A stretch of DNA of 47,164 bases from Anaeroplasmataceae bacterium (GTDB lineage: Bacteria > Bacillota_I > Bacilli_A > Acholeplasmatales > Anaeroplasmataceae), in contig JAVBOS010000131.1 in the NCBI GenBank assembly GCA_031550255.1, positions 1 through 47,164 of the forward strand. Reading direction: 5' to 3'. This document shows, in pieces, positions 30,737-39,301 of the stretch. The notes under the pieces are model-generated. The model was not told the origin of the DNA. It did not search any database and saw only the letters and a list, made by a program, of their open reading frames with translations. Position 1 is the stretch's first letter. Each line of letters opens with the position of its first letter. Both the position numbers and the translations under genes were made by a program.

Positions 30737-31026
30737 ATTTTTTCTCCTATACTCCAACTTCTATCTCTTTTTTAAAGAAGCTAAATCTCTTATTATTTGT
30801 AGACTAAATGAATATTTTTCTTTTCTAATGGTATTAAAAACCATTTAGTAGAAGCAATGCAATACTTCCTCCATCTTTTCAATAGTTTTCTTGCCATAAT
30901 ACTGCCAAAGTATTTATCAACATAACCTTTTAGATTTCGCTTGATAATACAAAAAAGTATGATTACTTTATTTATAAACCTTTACGTACTACCTAATATA
31001 TCTTCAAAAGGATAGTTATTTTACAA

Positions 31027-31932
31027 TTATTGATTTGTACTCTTAATTTCAACATTTAAATTTGTTATTTTCAAATTTTTCATACTACTCAAAAATTTTA
31101 TAAATTTTGAAAATCCATAATCTTTATAATTTATTCCTTCATTTTTTAATTTTGTTTGCAATTGACCAATGTTTATTTTTTTATTTTTTTCTTTAAATAT
31201 TATTTCAATTATTTTATTTTCTATTTTTAAGTCATTTTCTAATTGTTGTATTTTGCTAACAGCAAACAATGTTGTTTTATCATTTGCAACCTCAACCTTT
31301 AATCCTTCAATTGAGGAAATGAATTTGCGCATTTGATTATAACCGTAATTTTTTTCATCGAAATCATTATAAAGTTCAAGAATTTGCTCTTTTAATTGAG
31401 AAATTAAAATTTTTCCCCTTAAAGATACAATCTCTTTAATCTTTATTATTACTTCATCAGTTTCATTCATATCTTTTGAAACCTCAAAAGCCTCATCAGA
31501 AATATTTTCTAAATACTTAAAAGACGTACATGCTTTTCTTAGTGCTTCTACTGTTTCCTTATTACCTATTCCGATTACCTCTTTGTTGGCTTCTCTTAAT
31601 CTCATACATAATCCAGTAAAGTCGGAGTCACTTGAAACAATAACAAAACCATTTAAGTATTCTTCTTTGTATAAAATATCCATTGCATCTATTATTAATG
31701 TACTGTCAGAAGCATTCTTTCCTTTTGTGTAATTAAATTGTTGAACTTGCTTAATTGAGTATTCCAAACATACATCTTTCCAATTAGAGAAATTAGTAAA
31801 ATCTCCATAAACTCGTCTTATTGGTGTTTTTCCAACACTACTTAGTTCCTCAAAAATATTTTTAATATATTTATGAGATACATTATCCAAATCTATTAAT
31901 ACCGCAAACTTTTTATCTAATTCTATATTCAT
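31027..31932 (-). CDS. NYN (LabA-like) domain protein with two OST-HTH/LOTUS domains
   Basis: FAVLIDLDNV..., RRVYGDF, KGKNASDSTLIIDAMD and VIVSSDSDFTGL are NYN motifs. Two roughly 65-aa repeats follow, ending in ...GYNQMRKFISS and ...GFSKFIKFLSS (LOTUS-like). Confidence 0.82.
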   Translation of the reverse strand: MNIELDKKFAVLIDLDNVSHKYIKNIFEELSSVGKTPIRRVYGDFTNFSNWKDVCLEYSIKQVQQFNYTKGKNASDSTLIIDAMDILYKEEYLNGFVIVSSDSDFTGLCMRLREANKEVIGIGNKETVEALRKACTSFKYLENISDEAFEVSKDMNETDEVIIKIKEIVSLRGKILISQLKEQILELYNDFDEKNYGYNQMRKFISSIEGLKVEVANDKTTLFAVSKIQQLENDLKIENKIIEIIFKEKNKKINIGQLQTKLKNEGINYKDYGFSKFIKFLSSMKNLKITNLNVEIKSTNQ

Positions 31933-32047
31933 TACACATTCCCCCTATTATTTAAAATATTATAGGTTCATTATACACTAACATTGATTTTTCTTATATA
32001 TAGAACTATAATAAACATTAACAACTTAACCATTAAAAGGAGCTTCT

Positions 32048-33012
32048 ATGAAAAATATACATAAAGATTTAAGAAAGGTAGCTTTATTTGCTAAATTATT
32101 TGCTAGTTTTAAAAGTGAAAAGCAATTTGTCAAAACACAAAAAATGACAAGCAAAATCTTTAATGGTAAAAAATCAAAAGATTTAAGTTACGAGAAATTA
32201 TTCATAACTACAAAAGATAATGAAAAGTTAAGAATTTGCATTTATAAGTCTATAGAACCAAAAGATAATGCTGTTGGACTTCTTTGGATTCATGGCGGAG
32301 GATATGCGATTGGTGCCCCAGAACAAGACATAGATTTTATTAGAAGCTTTATAAAAAATACTAATTGTGTAGTTATTGCACCAGATTATACACTTTCACC
32401 AATAAAACCATTCCCTGCTGCTTTAAATGATTGTTATAATACTTTATTATGGATAAAAGATAACGCAAATTACTTAGGAATAAACGATAGTCAAATATTT
32501 GTTGGCGGCGATAGCGCTGGTGGTTGTTTAACAGCGGCAGTAAGCCTTTTATCACGTGATAAAAAAGAAGTAAACATTGCTTTTTAAATGCCAATTTATC
32601 CAATGATTGATGATAGAATGATAACCGAGTCTTCAAAAAATAATACCTCCCAGTTTGGTCTTCTAAGTCTAATAAAGTAGCTTGGAAAATGTATCTTGGT
32701 GATTTATATGGGTCTAATAATATTCCTAAATATGCCGCACCAGCAAGAGAAACTGACTATTCTAATCTACCGCCAACTTATACTTATGTTGGCACAATTG
32801 AGCCATTCTTTGATGAAACAAAAAATTATGTTGAAGAATTAAAAAAAGCCAATGTGCCAATACATTTAAATATTTACGAAGGCTGCTTTCATGGTTTTGA
32901 TATTTTAGGTAGTAAAACAAATATTGGAAAAGAAGCTAGAAATGCTCTTATAGAAAATTTCCAATATGCCACAAACAATTATTTTAAAAAACAAACTGAT
33001 GTTAAATTATAA
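32048..33012 (+). pseudogene. alpha/beta hydrolase (esterase/lipase, HGGG-GDSAGG type) disrupted by a nonsense codon and a frameshift
   Basis: The LLWIHGGGYAIG oxyanion motif and the GDSAGG nucleophile elbow lie in 32048-32587, and the C-terminal CFHGFD lies in 32689-33012. A TAA at 32585-32587 sits where AFQMPIYPM is expected. A 1-nt frame change occurs at the C-run 32649-32651. Confidence 0.85.
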
Positions 33013-33042
33013 AGGCTATCATAAAAATGATAACCTTTTTTT
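33013..33042 (+). terminator. rho-independent terminator after the esterase pseudogene
   Basis: aggctatcat-aaaa-atgataacct (9 of 10 pairs) followed by TTTTTTT. Confidence 0.7.
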
Positions 33043-33136
33043 AATATATGACATATCTTATTTTTATAAAGTTCACTTTATAAATGAATCTTCATTTGTC
33101 TTATTATAATATTTTTATTTTCAATTGTTTATTATA

Positions 33137-34897
33137 TTATTTCAAAATATTTTCTAATTCATTTACTAGATATTCTAATCTTTTAACAACAGCTAAGAAC
33201 GGTTCTTTACTCGTTAAATCAACACCAGCTTTTTTTACTATATTTACTGGGTAATCATTTCCGCCACTTTTTAATAAATTAACATAATTATCTAAAGCAT
33301 CAGGTTTCTTATTTTTTACATCATCATAGATTTGTAAACTTGCTGAAAAACTAGTTGCATATTGGTAAACATAAAAAGGAGAGTGGAAGAAGTGTGGAAT
33401 ATATGCCCAAACAAATTCCTTATATTGCTCTTCGTTTAAATCAATACCATAATATTTTAAATATAAATCTTTCATTATATTAGATAAAACATTGGCAGTT
33501 ATAGTTTCTCCAGCTTCAGCTTTAGAATGTGCTTGATACTCATAATCAGCAAATAATGTTTGACGATAAAATGTTCCAATTAATCCATCAATTGAAGATT
33601 GCAATAATGCTAGTTTAACATTATCATCTTTACAATTTTCCATAAAATAGTCTAATAATAATTGTTCATTAAACGTAGAAGCTATTTCGGCAACAAATAT
33701 TACATAATTTGATGTTGCGTAAGGTTGATTTTCACTTGAATATAAAGTATGCATAGAATGTCCAGCTTCATGAACAACCGTAAAGGCATCATTCATATTA
33801 TCATTATGATTTAATAATATAAAAGGACCGTTTTCATATGTACTTGTTGAATAAGCGCCTGTTCTTTTTCCATCATTTGTATGGACGTCGACTCTACCTT
33901 CTTCTAAAGCTTTTTTAGCGTGTTCTAAAAAATCAGGACTTATTTTCTTACATGAATCAAAAAACATTTCTTTACATTCTTCATAAGAATATTTTTGATC
34001 TGTTTTTGTAAATTGTAAAAATCTATCATATGTATGTAATTTATCAATTTTAAAATATTTCTTTCTTAAATCTAAATATTTCTTTAAAACGTTAGTATTT
34101 TCTTTTACAGTATTAGTTAATGATAAGAAAACATCTTGAGGAATGTTATTACTGTATAAGAATGAATGTAGTGAATTCTCATAATTACGATTTTTAACTC
34201 TTGCAATATTTCCTTGAATTATTCCATTATATATACCAGCAAAAGTATTTTTATGTTTAGCATAAAATTTAAAAACAGCTTCAAAAACTATTTTTCTATC
34301 CTCTTGATTAGCTAAAGTTTCTAAATAATTTCTAAAGTTAGATTCATTAACAATAATTTTTTCGCCCGTTGATAATACAAGCTCTGTACTATCATTATCA
34401 GCTACCGCTAGTTGATCATATAAACGATTATTATTTCCTAATGCTTGTGAATAATTAGCCATTATATATTCTATTTTTTCATCAAAAATAAATTTTTGAT
34501 TATGAAATAATTTATCAATAGCATAAGCTTGTTCTTGCATTTTTCTGCTTTCTTTAAGCCATTTATCAAATTTTTCTTTTCCGTTTGCTAAAAGCTCACT
34601 TGATGCAAATGAACTAGCCGCAACAATATTATTGTATGTACTATAAATTTGACCATAATAATCTTGGCTAGTAGTATCTTTTTGATTTTTATCATAATTC
34701 ATTGAGGCATAAACATATAACTTTTCTAATTTTTTAGATACTTCATCTTCAAAATCAAAATACTTTAAAATGTTTTCTAAACTATTAAGTGTTCCTTTGA
34801 ACGTTTCATATTTTTTAGCTGTTTCCTGAATATCTTTTAAATCTTTTTTCCATTCATCAATATTTTTATAAATCAATTCTAAATTCCATTTATTCAT
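33137..34897 (-). CDS. pepF: oligoendopeptidase F (M3B family)
   Basis: 586 aa with the HEAGHSMH zinc motif and overall PepF-like sequence. Confidence 0.92.
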   Translation of the reverse strand: MNKWNLELIYKNIDEWKKDLKDIQETAKKYETFKGTLNSLENILKYFDFEDEVSKKLEKLYVYASMNYDKNQKDTTSQDYYGQIYSTYNNIVAASSFASSELLANGKEKFDKWLKESRKMQEQAYAIDKLFHNQKFIFDEKIEYIMANYSQALGNNNRLYDQLAVADNDSTELVLSTGEKIIVNESNFRNYLETLANQEDRKIVFEAVFKFYAKHKNTFAGIYNGIIQGNIARVKNRNYENSLHSFLYSNNIPQDVFLSLTNTVKENTNVLKKYLDLRKKYFKIDKLHTYDRFLQFTKTDQKYSYEECKEMFFDSCKKISPDFLEHAKKALEEGRVDVHTNDGKRTGAYSTSTYENGPFILLNHNDNMNDAFTVVHEAGHSMHTLYSSENQPYATSNYVIFVAEIASTFNEQLLLDYFMENCKDDNVKLALLQSSIDGLIGTFYRQTLFADYEYQAHSKAEAGETITANVLSNIMKDLYLKYYGIDLNEEQYKEFVWAYIPHFFHSPFYVYQYATSFSASLQIYDDVKNKKPDALDNYVNLLKSGGNDYPVNIVKKAGVDLTSKEPFLAVVKRLEYLVNELENILK

Positions 34898-34973
34898 AAT
34901 AATCTCCTATCTTGATACATTTATTGTATCCCATTTTTTAACAATAATTATAACACATTATAGGATATTATTA

Positions 34974-35001
34974 AAGAAAAAATCGCCAGTTATTGGCGAT
35001 T
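34974..35001 (-). terminator. rho-independent terminator after pth
   Basis: 8-bp stem aatcgcca (34981-34988) / tggcgatt (34994-35001), followed on the minus strand by a T-run. Overlaps the pth stop. Confidence 0.75.
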
Positions 35002-35560
35002 AGTTTCTTGTTGATATAATTGTTTTAAATTCAATGTTCTTTATAAAATCATTTATTATTAATTCTGTTTTTTCTAAAGCTGCTTGTATTAATGGTTTAT
35101 CATCATTAGAAAACTTACCTAATACATAATCAACTACTGGAATTACTTCACTACGATCGATACCAATTTTAATTCTTTTATAATTTTCCGTACTTAAGTG
35201 ATTGTTTATGCTCTTTAATCCATTATGTCCGCCACTAGAGCCTTCGCCCCTAACTCTGACTTTCCCAACCGGTAAAGATAAATCATCTAATATTACAATA
35301 ATATCTTCTACGTTTATCTTATAGAAGTTCATTACTGCTCTTACACTTTCACCACTTAAATTCATATATGTAACAGGTTTTAAAAAAATTGCCTTTTCCA
35401 TTCCGATATTTGTCGTTCCAACAAATCCTTTAAATTCTGTTTTTAGTTTAAAATCAATATTATTTCTTTGCGCAAAGTAATCTAAAGCCATAAATCCGAC
35501 ATTATGTCTTGTATTTTCGTATTGGTTTCCTGGATTACCAAGTCCAACTATTAATTTCAT
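35000..35560 (-). CDS. pth: peptidyl-tRNA hydrolase
   Basis: [23 protein letters not shown] is the canonical Pth N-terminus, and GGHNGLKS is present. Confidence 0.96.
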   Translation of the reverse strand: MKLIVGLGNPGNQYENTRHNVGFMALDYFAQRNNIDFKLKTEFKGFVGTTNIGMEKAIFLKPVTYMNLSGESVRAVMNFYKINVEDIIVILDDLSLPVGKVRVRGEGSSGGHNGLKSINNHLSTENYKRIKIGIDRSEVIPVVDYVLGKFSNDDKPLIQAALEKTELIINDFIKNIEFKTIISTRN

Positions 35561-36543
35561 TATAATAATTCTCTTTTTGATTTGTCGTAAGTATAAGTAA
35601 ATAATCCACTTAATGGTTCATCACTTAAAATACGTAATATACCGTGACCTAATAAAGATCCAACTGATAATATTTTAATTTTATCAATTCTTTTTTCAGG
35701 AGCTAAATATATAGTATTAGTAATTATTAATTCCTTTAAAGGGGAATTTTGAATTCTTTCAATCGCTGGGCCTGATAATACTCCATGAGTACAAGCTGCA
35801 TAAACTTCTTTAGCTCCTGCATTTAATAATGCTTGAGCACCTATTGTTAATGTTCCACAAGTATCACACATATCATCAACTAAAATACAAGTTTTACCTT
35901 CAACAGAACCGATTATATTCATAACTTCAGCTTTATTAGGTTCTGGACGGCGTTTATCAATAATAGCCATCGGTGCTTCTAAAACTTTAGCAAATTCTCT
36001 TGCGCGAGTTGTTCCACCATGATCTGGAGATACAACACAAACATCTTGTAAGTTTAAATCTAATAAATAATTAACTAATGTAGGTAATCCTAAAAAGTTA
36101 TCAATTGGGATATTAAAGAATCCTTGGATTTGAGCAGCATGTAAATCCATAGCGATAACTCTTGTAGCTCCGGCTACTTGAATTAAATCCGCAACTAATT
36201 TAGCAGAAATAGGTTGTCTACTTCTTGCTTTACGATCTTGACGAGAATATCCGTAATAAGGTATAACACAGTTAATAGTTTTAGCGGAAGCTCTTTTTAA
36301 AGCATCAATCATTACTAACATTTCCATTAAATGTTCATTTACCGGATTGCTTGTTGGTTGAATAATAAATACATGATGTCCACGTACTGTTTCATTAATA
36401 TTAACATTAATTTCACCATCAGCAAAACGTAATACATCTAAAGATCCTAATGGAATTCCTATTGAATCTGCAACTTCTTGTGCAAGTTCTCTATTTGCAC
36501 TTAATGAAAATAACTTTACTTTTTTACCTAATAATATTGACAT
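35560..36543 (-). CDS. prs: ribose-phosphate pyrophosphokinase
   Basis: [21 protein letters not shown] and the PRPP loop [11 protein letters not shown] are present. 327 aa. Confidence 0.96.
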   Translation of the reverse strand: MSILLGKKVKLFSLSANRELAQEVADSIGIPLGSLDVLRFADGEINVNINETVRGHHVFIIQPTSNPVNEHLMEMLVMIDALKRASAKTINCVIPYYGYSRQDRKARSRQPISAKLVADLIQVAGATRVIAMDLHAAQIQGFFNIPIDNFLGLPTLVNYLLDLNLQDVCVVSPDHGGTTRAREFAKVLEAPMAIIDKRRPEPNKAEVMNIIGSVEGKTCILVDDMCDTCGTLTIGAQALLNAGAKEVYAACTHGVLSGPAIERIQNSPLKELIITNTIYLAPEKRIDKIKILSVGSLLGHGILRILSDEPLSGLFTYTYDKSKRELL

Positions 36544-36627
36544 TTTCTCTCTCCTGATATTACAGCGTAATTTTCAATTATATTATATCAAGATAATCAA
36601 TTTAAAACAAATGTTGTAAGCGATTTA

Positions 36628-37452
36628 CTAATGAAAATTTTTAACTTTTGTGTAAATTACTTTATAGTTTTTATCTATTTTGTCTATATTTGGTATATTA
36701 TGACTAAAAATAAATAATGTTGGACCGCTTCCGCTCATGAAAACTTTATTACTTCCAGAAAGTAAATCATATAAAGTTTTTAATTCTTTAGATATATTAA
36801 AAGATACTTTTTGTAGGTCATTAAAAATATTATCTTCAATTAAATTATTATTTCCACAACAAATGCCTTTTAAAATATTATCAAAATTTTGAATTCTATC
36901 AATTGGTTCATATTTATAATTAGAGAATATATCTTTTGTACTAAAACCAAAGTTAGGTTTAATCAACGTGCAATCTATTTCATTAAAATGAAAATTAAGT
37001 GTTTTTACGATTTCACCACGACCAGTACATAATGCTAATTTTTGATAAACACAAAACGGCATGTCCGAACCTAATTTAGCACTTAAATTTGCTAATTCAT
37101 CTAAAGATCTATTTGTTTCAAATAATCTATTTAATCCTCTTAGACAAGCAGCAGCATCACTTGAACCACCAGCTAGTCCTGCTTGTAATGGAATGTTTTT
37201 CTTTAAAGTTATTTTTACTCCTTTAGTTATATTATATGTTTCAAAAAATAACTTTGCTGCTTTATAAACAAAGTTATCTTCAATATTGATATCGCTTTCT
37301 AATTCAATGCCACTTTCAATTAGTTCAAATGTTAATTCATCATATAAATCAACAGGAACCATCAAGTTAGTAACTTCATGGTATCCATCTAATCTTTTTT
37401 CTTTTACTTCTAATGCAAGATTTATTTTTGCATATGCTTTTTCTACTATCAT
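36628..37452 (-). CDS. ispE: 4-diphosphocytidyl-2-C-methyl-D-erythritol kinase
   Basis: AYAKINLAL start. GHMP kinase motif IPLQAGLAGGSSDAAA. C-terminal SGSGPTLF. Confidence 0.94.
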   Translation of the reverse strand: MIVEKAYAKINLALEVKEKRLDGYHEVTNLMVPVDLYDELTFELIESGIELESDINIEDNFVYKAAKLFFETYNITKGVKITLKKNIPLQAGLAGGSSDAAACLRGLNRLFETNRSLDELANLSAKLGSDMPFCVYQKLALCTGRGEIVKTLNFHFNEIDCTLIKPNFGFSTKDIFSNYKYEPIDRIQNFDNILKGICCGNNNLIEDNIFNDLQKVSFNISKELKTLYDLLSGSNKVFMSGSGPTLFIFSHNIPNIDKIDKNYKVIYTKVKNFH

Positions 37453-37462
37453 AATTCACCTG

Positions 37463-38227
37463 CTACAATAATAATCTCATTTTTCCATATGATTCTACTC
37501 CGCTTATTCCACCAGATTTAACCGCTGAATGCGAATATATTTCTACGCCACTTACTAATTCAGATAATGCTGTAGTTGCGGCCTTTATTCCAACTATTGC
37601 CGGATCATATGCATCAATATTAATTCTTTTTGGACTGCTAGCAAAATTTGCTCCAGCAGCAATTAATGCTTCAAAATTACTTTGACACGCTCCAGCAAAA
37701 ATAAAGATATGATCTTTACTATATTTTTTTCTAATTTCTTTTATTGCTTTAATATAGTCTAGTGTATTTGTATAATTGTTTAGATCCTTAATATCTTTTT
37801 TATTAAAAGAATCGTGCCCTGTTAAAATTACTATATCCGGATTAACTTGTTCAATTAAACTAACAATATGTTTATAAAAATCTGGTTCATCCAAAAATAC
37901 TCCATAAGCATAAATTCCTATTTCTTCATATAGTTTTAAACATTTTTTTAAATATGATTGATCACTATCTATATGTAAAATTTTTCCAGTTAAATGTCTA
38001 GACTTTTTTTTATTACTTTGGATCACTTGTTGGTAATAATCCATATCCTTGCTATCTAAGCGTTGAATTTCATCATGTTCAATTAAAACTAAATCATCTA
38101 ATGGAGCTGTAGCAAATAGTCTTATATAAACACCTTCTAATATTGCTGTGTTGTTCACAATCTTTCTTATCCTAAATATGATATCTTTATTGTAAGAGAT
38201 TCTACCAACAATATCATTAATCTTCAT
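37463..38227 (-). CDS. yabG: sporulation-specific protease YabG
   Basis: Motifs GKILHIDSD, LKKCL, VILTGHD, FAGACQSNFEALIAAGANFASSP and GGI match B. subtilis YabG. The position next to rsmA is conserved. Confidence 0.88.
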   Translation of the reverse strand: MKINDIVGRISYNKDIIFRIRKIVNNTAILEGVYIRLFATAPLDDLVLIEHDEIQRLDSKDMDYYQQVIQSNKKKSRHLTGKILHIDSDQSYLKKCLKLYEEIGIYAYGVFLDEPDFYKHIVSLIEQVNPDIVILTGHDSFNKKDIKDLNNYTNTLDYIKAIKEIRKKYSKDHIFIFAGACQSNFEALIAAGANFASSPKRINIDAYDPAIVGIKAATTALSELVSGVEIYSHSAVKSGGISGVESYGKMRLLL

Positions 38228-38260
38228 TTATATCACCTATATTAAATTATGATAAAATGA

Positions 38261-39118
38261 TTATTTTGTTAATTCATCTGTTAATTTTACAAAATCTTCA
38301 ATACTTAACACTTCAGCTCTAACTTCTTTATTTAAACCAATTTTTTCTAAAGCATCATATACCATTTGTTTTGTGATATTACCTTCTGCTAAATTATTAG
38401 CAAGTGTTTTTCTTCTTTGACTAAAACTTTGTCTAACTAATTTAAAAAAGTAAGCTTCATCTTTAACATTATATTTAGGCTTATCAAATAAATCTAATCT
38501 AATAACAGCGCTGTCTACCCCAGGTTTTGGAATAAAAACATTTGAGGATACATGCATAACCTTCTTAGCTTCAGCACGGTACTGTATTGCAACACTTAAG
38601 GCATTATAATCCTTTACATCTGGTTTTGAACATATTCTATCAGCTACTTCTAATTGCATCATCATTACATATCTTTTTATTAAAGTTGTAGCTTCTAATA
38701 AGTTTAAAATAATTGGTGTTGTTATATAGTAAGGTAAATTAGCAACTAAATAAATTTTTTTACTATCTGGAAAATATTTATTAATATCTTGATTAATATC
38801 TACTTTTAATATATCTTGGTTTACTACTCTTATGTTATTAAAACCCTTTAAATTTTCATCCAAAATAGGTATTAAATCTGAATCTATTTCATAACATAAT
38901 ACTCTTCTTGCTTTATTTGCTAAATGTTCAGTTAAAGATCCTAATCCCGGCCCAACTTCAATAACATCTGTTTCATTATCTATTTCAGCACTAGAAACAA
39001 TATTTGATAAGACATTTTGGTCTATCAAGAAATTTTGTCCAAATTTTTTCTTAATAAAAAAATCATTATCCTTTAAGATTTTACTTGTTATTGTTGATTG
39101 CCCTATATTATTTTTCAT
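38261..39118 (-). CDS. rsmA: 16S rRNA (adenine1518/1519-N6)-dimethyltransferase
   Basis: KKKFGQNFL, EVGPGLGSLT and NLPYYITTPI motifs. Start moved to MKNNIGQ at 39118; the track ORF extends to 39187. Confidence 0.94.
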   Translation of the reverse strand: MKNNIGQSTITSKILKDNDFFIKKKFGQNFLIDQNVLSNIVSSAEIDNETDVIEVGPGLGSLTEHLANKARRVLCYEIDSDLIPILDENLKGFNNIRVVNQDILKVDINQDINKYFPDSKKIYLVANLPYYITTPIILNLLEATTLIKRYVMMMQLEVADRICSKPDVKDYNALSVAIQYRAEAKKVMHVSSNVFIPKPGVDSAVIRLDLFDKPKYNVKDEAYFFKLVRQSFSQRRKTLANNLAEGNITKQMVYDALEKIGLNKEVRAEVLSIEDFVKLTDELTK

Positions 39119-39301
39119 TAGATCACTCTTTTCATATATTAATATATCATATATTAACAACAAACTAAATAAAGAAAAGTAAAACATTTAATTTTTATAT
39201 AGATTTATATTGTATGTTAATCATACATTTTCTTTATTAATAAGCCATAACCCTAAGTTTATATAAGATTTATGAATATTATAAAAAGAGGGGGTGAAAA
39301 A

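Noticed and set aside
30737-31026. The minus-strand frame between the NYN gene and the 4-TM gene contains a short protein-like stretch (...NLKGYVDKYFGSIMARKLLKRWRKYCIASTKWFLIPLEKK).
   Set aside because: No start codon with an SD is present; the only Met gives 34 aa. No family was recognised. It is probably non-coding or another remnant.
21924-33109. The 11-mer TCTTATTATAA is present at both island edges (21924-21934 and 33099-33109) and could be att-like direct repeats.
   Set aside because: It is short and AT-rich. The left copy is just the region upstream of the DUF4180 SD. No integrase or recombinase is present, so it is probably coincidental.
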